Origin: Escherichia phage vB_Ec-M-J | Length of the DNA: 64,000 nt | Sequence record: OQ718158.1 | Direction: 5' to 3' (one strand) | Shown here: piece by piece, positions 55,085-63,932 of the stretch | Numbering within the stretch: the stretch's first letter is position 1 | Layout of the letters: each line of letters begins with the position of its first letter | The notes under the pieces: model-generated | Told to the model about the DNA's origin: nothing | What the model saw: only the letters and a program-made list of their open reading frames with translations | Databases searched by the model: none | Position numbers and translations under genes: made by a program

Positions 55085-55837
55085 GTGATATCAGATAAAT
55101 TTATACAAAATGCTGGGAACAAAAGATTACTTATAATTTCAGGGGCAGGTCTTTCAGTTGAGAGCGGGATGGAACCATTCCGCTTTGATGATGGGTTGTG
55201 GGACAATTTCAAAATTAATGATGTTTGTAACATTGCACGACTTAGTTCTAAGTATCATGTAGTTCATTCATTTTATAATACATTGCGTGTAAAATTAGGT
55301 GAATGTCATCCTAATGAAATGCATTACTTTATTAAATCATTAGAAGATTTGTATGGTGATTGTTTTTTACACATGACTTCTAATATGGATGATCTATATA
55401 CTAGAATTGGTGGAACCGAACTCAAACTACACGGCAATTTATGTGAAGTAATTGAGAACTTTTCTATTAATACCGATGATTACAATGTCATTAATTGTGG
55501 TTATGAACCATATATTCCTAAAGCTGATGTTTTTGCAAAACCAAATGTAGTGATGATTGGTGAGTATCATCGCTACGTTGATGGGGTACGTCTCCCCATT
55601 TATGAAGAACGAAATGAAGTGTTGAAAAGTCTCACAGAAAATGATACAGTTGTAGTTATTGGAAGTAGTGATACAGTACTGGTATGGTCCAGACTAGCTG
55701 GTGCACTTCCATGCTATAGTGTAAATGTTAACATCCGAAAAAATGATAATGATTTTCTTTTTAATGAGAAGGTCATCAAACCTGCGACGAAAGCAATTCC
55801 ACAGATTGAAACTATAATTAAGGAACGAATGCGATGA
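55085..55837 (+). CDS. Sir2-family protein (sirtuin-like NAD-dependent enzyme)
   Basis: GTG start eight nt after AAGGAG; sirtuin motifs GAGLSVESGMEPFR, TSNMDDL (TQNID-like) and catalytic-His context KLHGNL. Confidence 0.75.
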   Translation: MISDKFIQNAGNKRLLIISGAGLSVESGMEPFRFDDGLWDNFKINDVCNIARLSSKYHVVHSFYNTLRVKLGECHPNEMHYFIKSLEDLYGDCFLHMTSNMDDLYTRIGGTELKLHGNLCEVIENFSINTDDYNVINCGYEPYIPKADVFAKPNVVMIGEYHRYVDGVRLPIYEERNEVLKSLTENDTVVVIGSSDTVLVWSRLAGALPCYSVNVNIRKNDNDFLFNEKVIKPATKAIPQIETIIKERMR

Positions 55838-56385
55838 GTAAAGCGGAAGTACCACTGGGGCAAATGGGGAAACGTGCAAATTTTGTATTCTGTTTCTTTT
55901 ATGCAAAAGAATGTACCCCATACGCTGGTTATGAACTAAATGATATCCCAGTGGTTAACTTAGTACTCCTACAAGTGCGTTGGGATGGATTGTTGGGTGC
56001 ATGTGGTGGAACAGTTGAAAGTACTGATAAGTCATTAGAAGATGCGTTACAGCGTGAAGTTCAAGAAGAAATGAACTATATCATTGACAAAAGTCGCCTG
56101 TCTCCATTAAAATCACTTGAATTGTTTCCAGAGGGACACTCACATAGCTATAGTTATGAAATGACTTATGCTGAACTTAAAAAACTTCGTGATAATTATG
56201 CATATGGCAAACATGCTAGTGCAGAGGTGGCTGGTGTAAATTTATGTCACATCTCTCGTTATTCGAAGGGACAAAATCGAGAAGCAGGATATAATAATCT
56301 TATGACACAGAACTTCATCGGAACTGCGAAACAAGAATTAGAGTATCTTGTACAAAAAGAAAACTTACTAATCAGCTATCTATAG
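55834..56385 (+). CDS. Nudix hydrolase
   Basis: Nudix box GACGGTVESTDKSLEDALQREVQEEMN (G-x5-E-x7-R-E-V-x-E-E); ATG overlaps the Sir2 stop. Confidence 0.75.
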   Translation: MSKAEVPLGQMGKRANFVFCFFYAKECTPYAGYELNDIPVVNLVLLQVRWDGLLGACGGTVESTDKSLEDALQREVQEEMNYIIDKSRLSPLKSLELFPEGHSHSYSYEMTYAELKKLRDNYAYGKHASAEVAGVNLCHISRYSKGQNREAGYNNLMTQNFIGTAKQELEYLVQKENLLISYL

Positions 56386-56394
56386 GAGTTTAAA

Positions 56395-56715
56395 ATGTCG
56401 TACTCAATGTTCTTGGATGATATTCGTGATTATCAAAAATATTATCCTGACCAAGAGATGGTATTGTGTCGTGACTACGAAAGTGCATGTGAATACGTAA
56501 TCAAAAATGGAATTCCAGCATTTGTCTCATTTGACCATGACTTGGGTGACTTGAGTACAGATGAGAAAACGGGATACACTTTTGCCAAATTTCTAATTGA
56601 TTATATGTTTGAGCATAATATTAAAGAACCATTTAAATACTATGTACATAGTAGTAATCCAGTAGGGAAAGTTAATATTGAAACTTACTTAACTAATGGA
56701 TTTAATGCACTATGA
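56395..56715 (+). CDS. hypothetical protein
   Basis: 106-aa ORF; AGGAG RBS. Confidence 0.5.
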   Translation: MSYSMFLDDIRDYQKYYPDQEMVLCRDYESACEYVIKNGIPAFVSFDHDLGDLSTDEKTGYTFAKFLIDYMFEHNIKEPFKYYVHSSNPVGKVNIETYLTNGFNAL

Positions 56716-57014
56716 TTTCAACACATATCAAGAGTCTTATTTGCACAACACTGTTAGGTATAGGTGTTCTATGGTTCAGTTCATATCATGAGAACACTAA
56801 ACGTTACAATATTCATTACAATGCAGCGACTGTAACAGGATTAGGTCAATGTAATGAAAATAAATGCTCATTTACTTATAAAACCAGTACTGGTGAAGTT
56901 CGTAATGGGTTATCAAGAGATCCAGTATCAATTGGTCAACTAGTTTACCAGGAATGCTGGGAGGAAAAGGCTCGTGGTTCAAGATGTTATGTTGAATACG
57001 AACCGAGCATGTAA
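56712..57014 (+). CDS. hypothetical exported or membrane-anchored small protein
   Basis: N-terminal hydrophobic segment LICTTLLGIGVLWFS; Cys-rich. Confidence 0.45.
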   Translation: MISTHIKSLICTTLLGIGVLWFSSYHENTKRYNIHYNAATVTGLGQCNENKCSFTYKTSTGEVRNGLSRDPVSIGQLVYQECWEEKARGSRCYVEYEPSM

Positions 57015-57075
57015 TATTCCGAGTCACTAACCATTAGTCGAGTACAAGGATGTACTCATAACTCAAGGATGTTTT

Positions 57076-58515
57076 ATGAAAAAATATACAATTGACACAA
57101 ACGTACTACTATCTGATCCAAATGCTACCATTGCTTTTGATGGAGCAGCTATCATTCTACCGTTCACAGTACTTGAAGAATTGGATTCAATTAAAAGTCG
57201 TAATGTGGATGTTTCCCGTGATGCTCGTGTTGCAATCCGTAACATTGAAGCTATCCTTTCTGATGCATCACATGAAGAAATTAGTAGTACTGGTGTTAAT
57301 ATTGCTGATGTTCATACTAATATGAGTCCTGAAAGCAAATTGTTTGTTATTACAAGCGAAGAAGCTGAAGCACTAATTCGTACTGCTGGTAACGAAGAGA
57401 AAGTTCAAACTCTTCTAAAAAGCACAGTACCAGATGATAAAATCATTTTAGTAGCATTAGCAACTGATTCAGTACTGGTTACCCGTGATATCAATATGCG
57501 TATCAAGGCTCTAAGCTACGGGGTGGAAGTTCAAGATTATCGTCATGATATCGTGATTGGTGATAGTGATTTGATTCACATTGGTCAACATCACCTTGAC
57601 CTACATTTCTGGGATGTGTATAGTAATCTGACTGATGTATCTATTCAGTCTGAACAAGTTGGTCGTCGTTTGTACCACTACATTCCAAAAAGCTTGATTG
57701 AACATATCATGCCACAAAATATTTGCATCGGTGATTACCTATATGATAATGCTGATGTTCTATTTGTGTACGAAGGTCAATCTGCAATTGAAGAAGATGA
57801 TGGTACTTTAACACCAGAAGATATTCTTGTATTCCAAGATATTGGACAATCTGTTGCTCTACGTGCTAAAGTGTGGGATATTAAGGCTAAGAATATTCAA
57901 CAAGCACTAGCAATCAACAGTATCCTAGATCCTGATGTTCATCTAACAGTACTGTTAGGTTCAGCAGGTACTGGTAAAACACTAATCACCATTGCAACTG
58001 CACTAGAGTTAGTTCTAGAGAAGAAAAAATACGACCGTATCATCTTCTCCAAAACACAAGATTCCCAATTCGAAGACATTGGTTTCTTGCCTGGTTCTGA
58101 AGCAGAGAAAGTGATTCCTTTCTGTGGTGCGGCAATCGATGCGTTGGAATTCCTACACAAAGATGATGCTAACCCACAAGGCAGTATCGAAGAAATCATG
58201 AAACGCAATGTTATCCAATTCAAAGCACTAAACTTCGTTCGTGGTCGTTCTTTCACAAATACTATCCTAGTAGTTGATGAATTCCAGAACATCACACCTG
58301 CTCAGGCAAAAACAATCTTGACTCGTGCAGGGATGAACTGTAAAGTGGTTATTATGGGCAACTTGAGCCAGATTGACTCTAAATTCATTAGTCCAGTAAA
58401 CAGCGGCCTAACTTATGTTACCGAGAAGTTCAAGAACTGGGACGGCTGTCGTGTAATCGAACTAGAAGGTGTCGTTCGTTCACCACTAGCAGAATTTGCA
58501 GAAGAAAATATGTAA
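57076..58515 (+). CDS. phoH: PhoH-like ATPase with N-terminal PIN domain
   Basis: N-terminal IDTNVLLSDPNA (PIN-like acidic pocket) and Walker A LLGSAGTGKT; 479 aa. Confidence 0.88.
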   Translation: MKKYTIDTNVLLSDPNATIAFDGAAIILPFTVLEELDSIKSRNVDVSRDARVAIRNIEAILSDASHEEISSTGVNIADVHTNMSPESKLFVITSEEAEALIRTAGNEEKVQTLLKSTVPDDKIILVALATDSVLVTRDINMRIKALSYGVEVQDYRHDIVIGDSDLIHIGQHHLDLHFWDVYSNLTDVSIQSEQVGRRLYHYIPKSLIEHIMPQNICIGDYLYDNADVLFVYEGQSAIEEDDGTLTPEDILVFQDIGQSVALRAKVWDIKAKNIQQALAINSILDPDVHLTVLLGSAGTGKTLITIATALELVLEKKKYDRIIFSKTQDSQFEDIGFLPGSEAEKVIPFCGAAIDALEFLHKDDANPQGSIEEIMKRNVIQFKALNFVRGRSFTNTILVVDEFQNITPAQAKTILTRAGMNCKVVIMGNLSQIDSKFISPVNSGLTYVTEKFKNWDGCRVIELEGVVRSPLAEFAEENM

Positions 58516-58581
58516 TAATGTGTGGGACATTCGTCCCATACATGATATAATAATATTGTTAACAACAAAGGAGAAATACTC

Positions 58582-58779
58582 ATGGCAAAGCAACCTAAGA
58601 AAAAAGAACCAGTAGCAAAAGTTAAGAAAGTTAAAGTTATTCAATCTAAAGAACAACGTAATTACGAACTACGTAAAGCAGAAACCCTATCAGGTCTTCA
58701 AGCTCTACGTAAACAAGGTGTTCTAACTCGTGCTCAATACCGTGAGATCGTAGCACAAAAAGGTTATTGGTCCATTTGA
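58582..58779 (+). CDS. hypothetical small basic protein
   Basis: AAGGAGAAA RBS; Lys-rich N-terminus. Confidence 0.5.
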   Translation: MAKQPKKKEPVAKVKKVKVIQSKEQRNYELRKAETLSGLQALRKQGVLTRAQYREIVAQKGYWSI

Positions 58780-58873
58780 GGCAATAAACTGGAGTTCATG
58801 ATAAATACTTTCATAAGAATAATAATACTTTTTATTAATTTAAAAAGAACTCCATGTGTTATTTCAGTTTTTC

Positions 58874-58903
58874 ATCCCTGTCTTTTGGCAGGGATTTTTT
58901 CTT
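58874..58903 (+). terminator. rho-independent terminator
   Basis: hairpin ATCCCTG-tcttttgg-CAGGGAT followed by TTTTTTCTTT. Confidence 0.7.
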
Positions 58904-58995
58904 TCTAGATATTGACAAAAGGATTAAACCATGAGAACATGTAGTAAAGGAAGAATGACATTCCATTAGGTTAGTTTAACTTAAAGGAGAAATAT

Positions 58996-59553
58996 ATGTT
59001 TTTTGACCAAACATTTACGTTGTACCATGATTCAGGTAAAGTTGAGATTATTGATAATCTGTTAGAGTACATTGCGGAACATGACGGTATAGACCGTTTC
59101 CACAGTAAGATGAAATTCGATTTAGCTGAATTCAACAAAAAGAATCGTGAAACATTTTGGAAGAACCGTTTCTATTACGAAATGTATCCAGAAAAGTTCG
59201 TAGGTTATTATCTTTGTACTGAAAAAGGATTACTTGTATCTCCTGATTTACTTATGGGTGAATACATGATACTCTATAATGAGTACTGGGAACATAAGCG
59301 TAATGCTCGTGACACTGAATGGCGACACAAGCGTTCGTATATGTACAAACATAACCACTCCAGATACAAACGTCCTAAGACCCAACAAGAGCGTCGTATG
59401 GCTTGTGCAGTACTGAAGGATGAGGGGGAACCTGAAATACGTGGAAGACGTAAGATGCGTTCATTGCCATCGTATTGGGATGATATCAGAACAAGACACA
59501 GTACTGGCTGGAAATACAGTACAAAACGTAAACATCAATACAAAGGGAGCTAA
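58996..59553 (+). CDS. hypothetical protein with basic C-terminus
   Basis: AAGGAGAAA RBS; Arg/Lys-rich tail. Confidence 0.55.
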   Translation: MFFDQTFTLYHDSGKVEIIDNLLEYIAEHDGIDRFHSKMKFDLAEFNKKNRETFWKNRFYYEMYPEKFVGYYLCTEKGLLVSPDLLMGEYMILYNEYWEHKRNARDTEWRHKRSYMYKHNHSRYKRPKTQQERRMACAVLKDEGEPEIRGRRKMRSLPSYWDDIRTRHSTGWKYSTKRKHQYKGS

Positions 59554-59569
59554 TGCTCCCTAATTTTAT
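59545..59569 (+). terminator. rho-independent terminator overlapping the stop codon
   Basis: hairpin GGGAGC-taat-GCTCCC followed by TAATTTTAT. Confidence 0.55.
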
Positions 59570-59580
59570 AGGTGAACTTT

Positions 59581-59910
59581 ATGAACAAAATTGACGTTAC
59601 TGTAGTGATTGGTTATATTGAAATTGAACCGTGTGGCATTGATACCTTTATTGACACTCTTAATAAGTATCGTGCTGAATATGACGGTCACATTAGTCTT
59701 TCACCAGACAGTGGTTACGGCGGTTTTCATGGATACAATGTAATTTGGACCAGAGAAGAAACTGACGAAGAATACCATGCACGAATTGAAGCTGAATCTA
59801 AAAGACGTGAAGAAATTGAACGTCAAGAAATGAAACACTTGATGAACAAGAAATCATTAAGTACCGAAGAGAAATCTAAACTTTTAAAATACATCAAGGA
59901 TTACATGTAA
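59581..59910 (+). CDS. hypothetical protein
   Basis: ATG 59581 after GGTGA; Glu/Lys-rich C-terminus. Confidence 0.5.
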   Translation: MNKIDVTVVIGYIEIEPCGIDTFIDTLNKYRAEYDGHISLSPDSGYGGFHGYNVIWTREETDEEYHARIEAESKRREEIERQEMKHLMNKKSLSTEEKSKLLKYIKDYM

Positions 59911-60557
59911 TGAAAAATGTATCACAAGAAAAGATTCTGTACCTTGCAAAGTACAATGGTGGATTTAATATTACCAGTTGTGAATATCATGGTAACATGG
60001 CTAAAATGATTGACGAGCTACTAGAAGGTAAAATGCTCCGTTGGGAGACAAATGACCTTTGGTACGAATATGCGGGTCAACAATGGGAAAGTGACTACGA
60101 TAATGCAATTCATACGTATACAATTACTAAAAGTGGTGAAGTACGTTTGGCTATCATGCGTTGTGCTTACACTTACAAAAATTTCAAAGATGAAGAAAAG
60201 CATATTCGCCGAAATGAAGAGTTAGTACACCTAATGGGTGAAGCTGGCATTACAATGCATGACTTGTTCAATGAACCAAGATGGACTGGGAATCTGACCA
60301 AAGCAGAATACAAAGCATTGCGATACATCCAAGTACCAGAAATCAACAAACCAAAAGAATGTATTGATGATGGTGAACTAAGCCTCAAAAATGTATTTGA
60401 AAGTACCAGTACTGAAAGTATTGCTGATCTTTCAGTTCAGATGGCTATCAAAGCTATGGAACTATTCAAAACACAATATGAAGGACACAGTGCTGAAGAA
60501 GTAGAGCGTGAGTTCATTACGCGAGTACAAATTGCATTACATAAATCAAAAAAGTAG
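59910..60557 (+). CDS. hypothetical protein
   Basis: 215-aa ORF. Confidence 0.55.
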   Translation: MKNVSQEKILYLAKYNGGFNITSCEYHGNMAKMIDELLEGKMLRWETNDLWYEYAGQQWESDYDNAIHTYTITKSGEVRLAIMRCAYTYKNFKDEEKHIRRNEELVHLMGEAGITMHDLFNEPRWTGNLTKAEYKALRYIQVPEINKPKECIDDGELSLKNVFESTSTESIADLSVQMAIKAMELFKTQYEGHSAEEVEREFITRVQIALHKSKK

Positions 60558-60563
60558 GTTCAT

Positions 60564-60743
60564 ATGAAAATTTTACTTGTACTAATCGCCGTTCTTATGG
60601 TATTATCTTGTTCAGTTAGTAATGGTTCATACATTTACGTATCAGTATTTGAAGAAGCACCAACGAACTGTGTATTAACTCACACTGGTATTGTGTTAGT
60701 TAATGGTAAACCATCAATCGAGTACTTATGTATAGGTGATTAA
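60564..60743 (+). CDS. putative small lipoprotein (59 aa)
   Basis: ORF not in the ORF track; signal peptide MKILLVLIAVLMVLSC with lipobox-like LSC. Confidence 0.45.
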   Translation: MKILLVLIAVLMVLSCSVSNGSYIYVSVFEEAPTNCVLTHTGIVLVNGKPSIEYLCIGD

Positions 60744-60746
60744 ATT

Positions 60747-60980
60747 ATGAAATTTATTTCTATTGCAATTGTTTCAGCACTCATGATGTTAGTAACAGGC
60801 TGTGCATCTAAAGTTCAGGAGGCTGATGCAGAGTTCATTCGCCAGAATTTGACTAAACTTAACTACGATGGCACATTGTATGCTTGCCATGAGATGCGTC
60901 ATGGGCAAGATCTTAATCTCATGTGCAGGAAGATTGTGAATCGCAAACGTCTTAATACTGTTCCGAAGGATGCACAATGA
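60747..60980 (+). CDS. putative lipoprotein
   Basis: signal peptide with lipobox LVTGC at residues 15-19. Confidence 0.55.
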   Translation: MKFISIAIVSALMMLVTGCASKVQEADAEFIRQNLTKLNYDGTLYACHEMRHGQDLNLMCRKIVNRKRLNTVPKDAQ

Positions 60981-61147
60981 AAGAAGTAATTGGTTACAAA
61001 TGTAAAAATTGTGGCAAAGATAAGGGTAAGCATTCAGTACAAGGGATGGCTTGTCCGAATCCAGGACGTGGTAATTTCAGAGGGTTCAGTACTGAAAAGT
61101 CTTACGAACTGGATCATACCAAACCTGTAATGGGTTATAAATTATGA
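60977..61147 (+). CDS. small zinc-ribbon protein (56 aa)
   Basis: ORF not in the ORF track; CKNCG ... CPNPG; ATGA overlaps at both ends. Confidence 0.4.
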   Translation: MKEVIGYKCKNCGKDKGKHSVQGMACPNPGRGNFRGFSTEKSYELDHTKPVMGYKL

Positions 61148-61503
61148 GTGATTATGTGGCATTTCTTCATCGCTTTGGTGAAGCTCAAGAAAAACACATT
61201 ATCCGTATGCCAGCTTATGGTGAAGAAGACTGGTACAAAAGTACTATCAGTGTAGGTGCATTTCGTGACCGTGAAGCTGAATTCTTTCTGGGTAAGCAAC
61301 ATGAACGAGAGGTACTTTGCTCACTTTGGCGTTTAGATGAATGGGATAGTGAAAATTCAAGAACGGCTAAATCAATGATGACTATTGTTGGTATTGCGAA
61401 CTATCAGCACCCATATGATCTATTACCTACATTTGAACATGCTTCTTTGTTTGACTTTTACAAAGCAGTAGGGTATGATTATAAAAAGAAACGTTACATT
61501 TAA
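61144..61503 (+). CDS. hypothetical protein
   Basis: 119-aa ORF. Confidence 0.5.
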   Translation: MSDYVAFLHRFGEAQEKHIIRMPAYGEEDWYKSTISVGAFRDREAEFFLGKQHEREVLCSLWRLDEWDSENSRTAKSMMTIVGIANYQHPYDLLPTFEHASLFDFYKAVGYDYKKKRYI

Positions 61504-61548
61504 TATCAGTACTGTTATAGTGGCAGTACTTTTTAATTGGAGATTACT

Positions 61549-62163
61549 ATGACTACATCTGAAAAGTACTGGTGGATTATGGGCCATCCTAAATTCATCA
61601 ACGGAGATATGGTTCCCCCAAGGATTGATATCGAACCACATGATGTGTGTCCAATCACAAACCGCATTGAATCATTTAAAGCTCTGAATACAAAGACACA
61701 ATTTTGGGTAGAATTCATCTCACCTATGTACGTTGAGCAAGATGATGAATGGGTACAAGCACATGATTATGAGTTAGATTGCGGTGGTGATACTTATGAT
61801 GAGGCAATTGATGAACTATACAAAAATGTGCTAAACACTTATGGTGATTACACCCAACAAGAAGCAGACGATACGTTTAATAAGATCCATGCAGTCATTC
61901 CTACATCATCAATTTACAATTCAGCAAAAACAGTTTGGGAAGAACGTCACGGGTGGAGTTCATCTGTAATTGATGCAGAAGCCAAAGAAACAATTCTCGA
62001 AGACATAAAAAATATAAAAAGTACAATAGAAGCCTTGCGTGAATTTATAAAGTCTTGTACAATAGAACAACAGAAAGAGGCAAAGATGCATTTGGAGAGT
62101 GAAGAATGTAAACTTTGGGTTCTAGAGAAATCATTTGAAAAGGGTATAGACTTAGACTTATGA
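61549..62163 (+). CDS. hypothetical protein
   Basis: ATG 61549 after GGAG. Confidence 0.55.
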   Translation: MTTSEKYWWIMGHPKFINGDMVPPRIDIEPHDVCPITNRIESFKALNTKTQFWVEFISPMYVEQDDEWVQAHDYELDCGGDTYDEAIDELYKNVLNTYGDYTQQEADDTFNKIHAVIPTSSIYNSAKTVWEERHGWSSSVIDAEAKETILEDIKNIKSTIEALREFIKSCTIEQQKEAKMHLESEECKLWVLEKSFEKGIDLDL

Positions 62164-62528
62164 ATCGTAAACTTGAGAAACTAATTGAAGAACTACGCCG
62201 GATGCCACCCATCGAGCAAGTGGGGAGCTACAAACGTTATCGTGTGATTGCTCGTGCACTAGATAAGAAAGGTCGTGTATTGGCAACACGTACTAATTCT
62301 TACACACATACTCACCCAGTACAGAAAGGTTTTGCAATCCGTGCTGGGCGTCCACAAGGTGAATTTCTTCATGCTGAAATCTCATGTTTGCTGGCTTCTC
62401 GTGCTGAAGTTCATACTTTGTTGATTGCACGGGTAAGTAAAGATGGTATTCCAGTCCCTGCCAAGCCTTGTGAGATTTGTACGTTGGCAATTCTGGAATA
62501 TGGGGTAAAAGAAATTATTCACACATGA
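62160..62528 (+). CDS. cytidine/deoxycytidylate-deaminase-fold zinc protein
   Basis: HAE ... PCEIC zinc-binding signature in a 122-aa protein. Confidence 0.6.
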   Translation: MNRKLEKLIEELRRMPPIEQVGSYKRYRVIARALDKKGRVLATRTNSYTHTHPVQKGFAIRAGRPQGEFLHAEISCLLASRAEVHTLLIARVSKDGIPVPAKPCEICTLAILEYGVKEIIHT

Positions 62529-62746
62529 AGAAAATTGAACGCTACCAAAACCATACAGTTGTGACTGAAGATGATATATTTTATTATTATATTTTCAGAC
62601 CCACACACTGTTTACAAATAACGACATATGAGAATGGTAAATTCAAAGATGTCAACTTCCATATAACAGATTTAGCAAAATATTCCAGTACTGAATACTT
62701 TAGTAATTTAGTATTTGTGTACTGTATACCACATCATAACATTTAA
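62525..62746 (+). CDS. hypothetical protein
   Basis: ATG 62525 overlapping upstream TGA. Confidence 0.45.
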   Translation: MKKIERYQNHTVVTEDDIFYYYIFRPTHCLQITTYENGKFKDVNFHITDLAKYSSTEYFSNLVFVYCIPHHNI

Positions 62747-62756
62747 GGAGTCAACT

Positions 62757-63116
62757 ATGGCTAAAACTATTTCTTTAAAAAATGAAAATGTAGGACAACG
62801 CAAAGATGGGTTCTTTGGATTCTCATGGACAACATTGTTCTTTGGTCCGTTCCCTGCATTGTTTCGTGGTGACTTTATTACGTTCATCGGTGCATTTGTA
62901 ATTTACTTCATCCTCAACGCAGTGTCTTTTTGGATTGTGGGTACAGTTGCAATGGTCGTGTGGGCATTTCTTTATAATAAGTACTACACTGTGAATCTCA
63001 TCAAGAATGGGTATAAATTCAATGGTACACATGAAGAAAATGCTGAAGCTGCAATGGCGTTACAAATTGATCTAAACAAAAACAATACTGTAGATAAAAA
63101 CAAAGAACCAGAATAA
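62757..63116 (+). CDS. hypothetical membrane protein
   Basis: AAGGAG RBS; two hydrophobic helices. Confidence 0.5.
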   Translation: MAKTISLKNENVGQRKDGFFGFSWTTLFFGPFPALFRGDFITFIGAFVIYFILNAVSFWIVGTVAMVVWAFLYNKYYTVNLIKNGYKFNGTHEENAEAAMALQIDLNKNNTVDKNKEPE

Positions 63117-63335
63117 ATGGATCAATATGAGATAACTTACGATTATTATGGTAAGGCTTATATGAAGTGTGGTCGTTTTATTGAACTATCGAATAGAGAA
63201 GCAATCGACCCACAAACCATTATATCCATCCATAACTCGTACTATAAAAAAATTACCATAGCTAATTTTGCAACATACGTAGATAATCCTATATTTCCGT
63301 ATATTATTCAGTTCTATTGTAGAGCTATAAAATAA
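63117..63335 (+). CDS. hypothetical protein
   Basis: 72-aa ORF. Confidence 0.45.
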   Translation: MDQYEITYDYYGKAYMKCGRFIELSNREAIDPQTIISIHNSYYKKITIANFATYVDNPIFPYIIQFYCRAIK

Positions 63336-63346
63336 GGTAAAACGAA

Positions 63347-63757
63347 ATGTTAGCCGATGATTTTATGTCTCTAAGTATCAAGATATTTGATATATTAGGT
63401 GATGAAATAGATTTCCATCTAAATGATAAAACTATACCACACGAAGATGGTGGGTATTTTTTCGCATTTGGTAATAAGTTCAATGTTGATTTTTCAATTC
63501 CGGTTCCTGATGGAAGTGATTATGCAGCATCAACATATTTTGAATTTCAGTTCAGTGGTCATACCGAGCGTTTACTAACATATAGACGTAAAGGAAATTT
63601 CAGTAGGCCAGAGATTATATTAATGGATTTTGAAAAACGCATAGAACTTGCCAAGAATAATCCATTCATCAGTACTTATGCGTTAAACCAATTCATTGAT
63701 CTATTTGATGGATATCCAGACAGAATACGAGGGTCGTTACGTATAAATGCAGAATGA
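63347..63757 (+). CDS. hypothetical protein
   Basis: 136-aa ORF; AAGGTAAAA RBS. Confidence 0.5.
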   Translation: MLADDFMSLSIKIFDILGDEIDFHLNDKTIPHEDGGYFFAFGNKFNVDFSIPVPDGSDYAASTYFEFQFSGHTERLLTYRRKGNFSRPEIILMDFEKRIELAKNNPFISTYALNQFIDLFDGYPDRIRGSLRINAE

Positions 63758-63932
63758 AATCTTTAAAAAAGAATACGATGGTGAAAGTCTCTATGATATT
63801 CAGCGAGACGTACATGAAGCATTCGATTCAAGATTTAACCCATTAGCTGGACAAATCCCACAAGATGAGTTTGGTTTCCAAGAAGGCACATTTACAGTGA
63901 CTATTACATGGAGTCCAGATGAGACTAGCTAA
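63747..63932 (+). CDS. hypothetical small protein
   Basis: 61-aa ORF. Confidence 0.4.
   Translation: MQNEIFKKEYDGESLYDIQRDVHEAFDSRFNPLAGQIPQDEFGFQEGTFTVTITWSPDETS

Noticed and set aside
56395-56715. Possible receiver (CheY-like) domain based on FLDD ... FDHDLGD ... HSSNP ... K
   Set aside because: The pattern is suggestive but the protein is short and the spacing could not be verified without alignment.
57040-57060. Hairpin GAGTACA-agga-TGTACTC upstream of phoH as a terminator
   Set aside because: No T-run follows; more likely an incidental palindrome containing the over-represented GTAC core.
58912-58945. TTGACA hexamer upstream of 58996 as a promoter
   Set aside because: No acceptable -10 element at 16-18 nt spacing.
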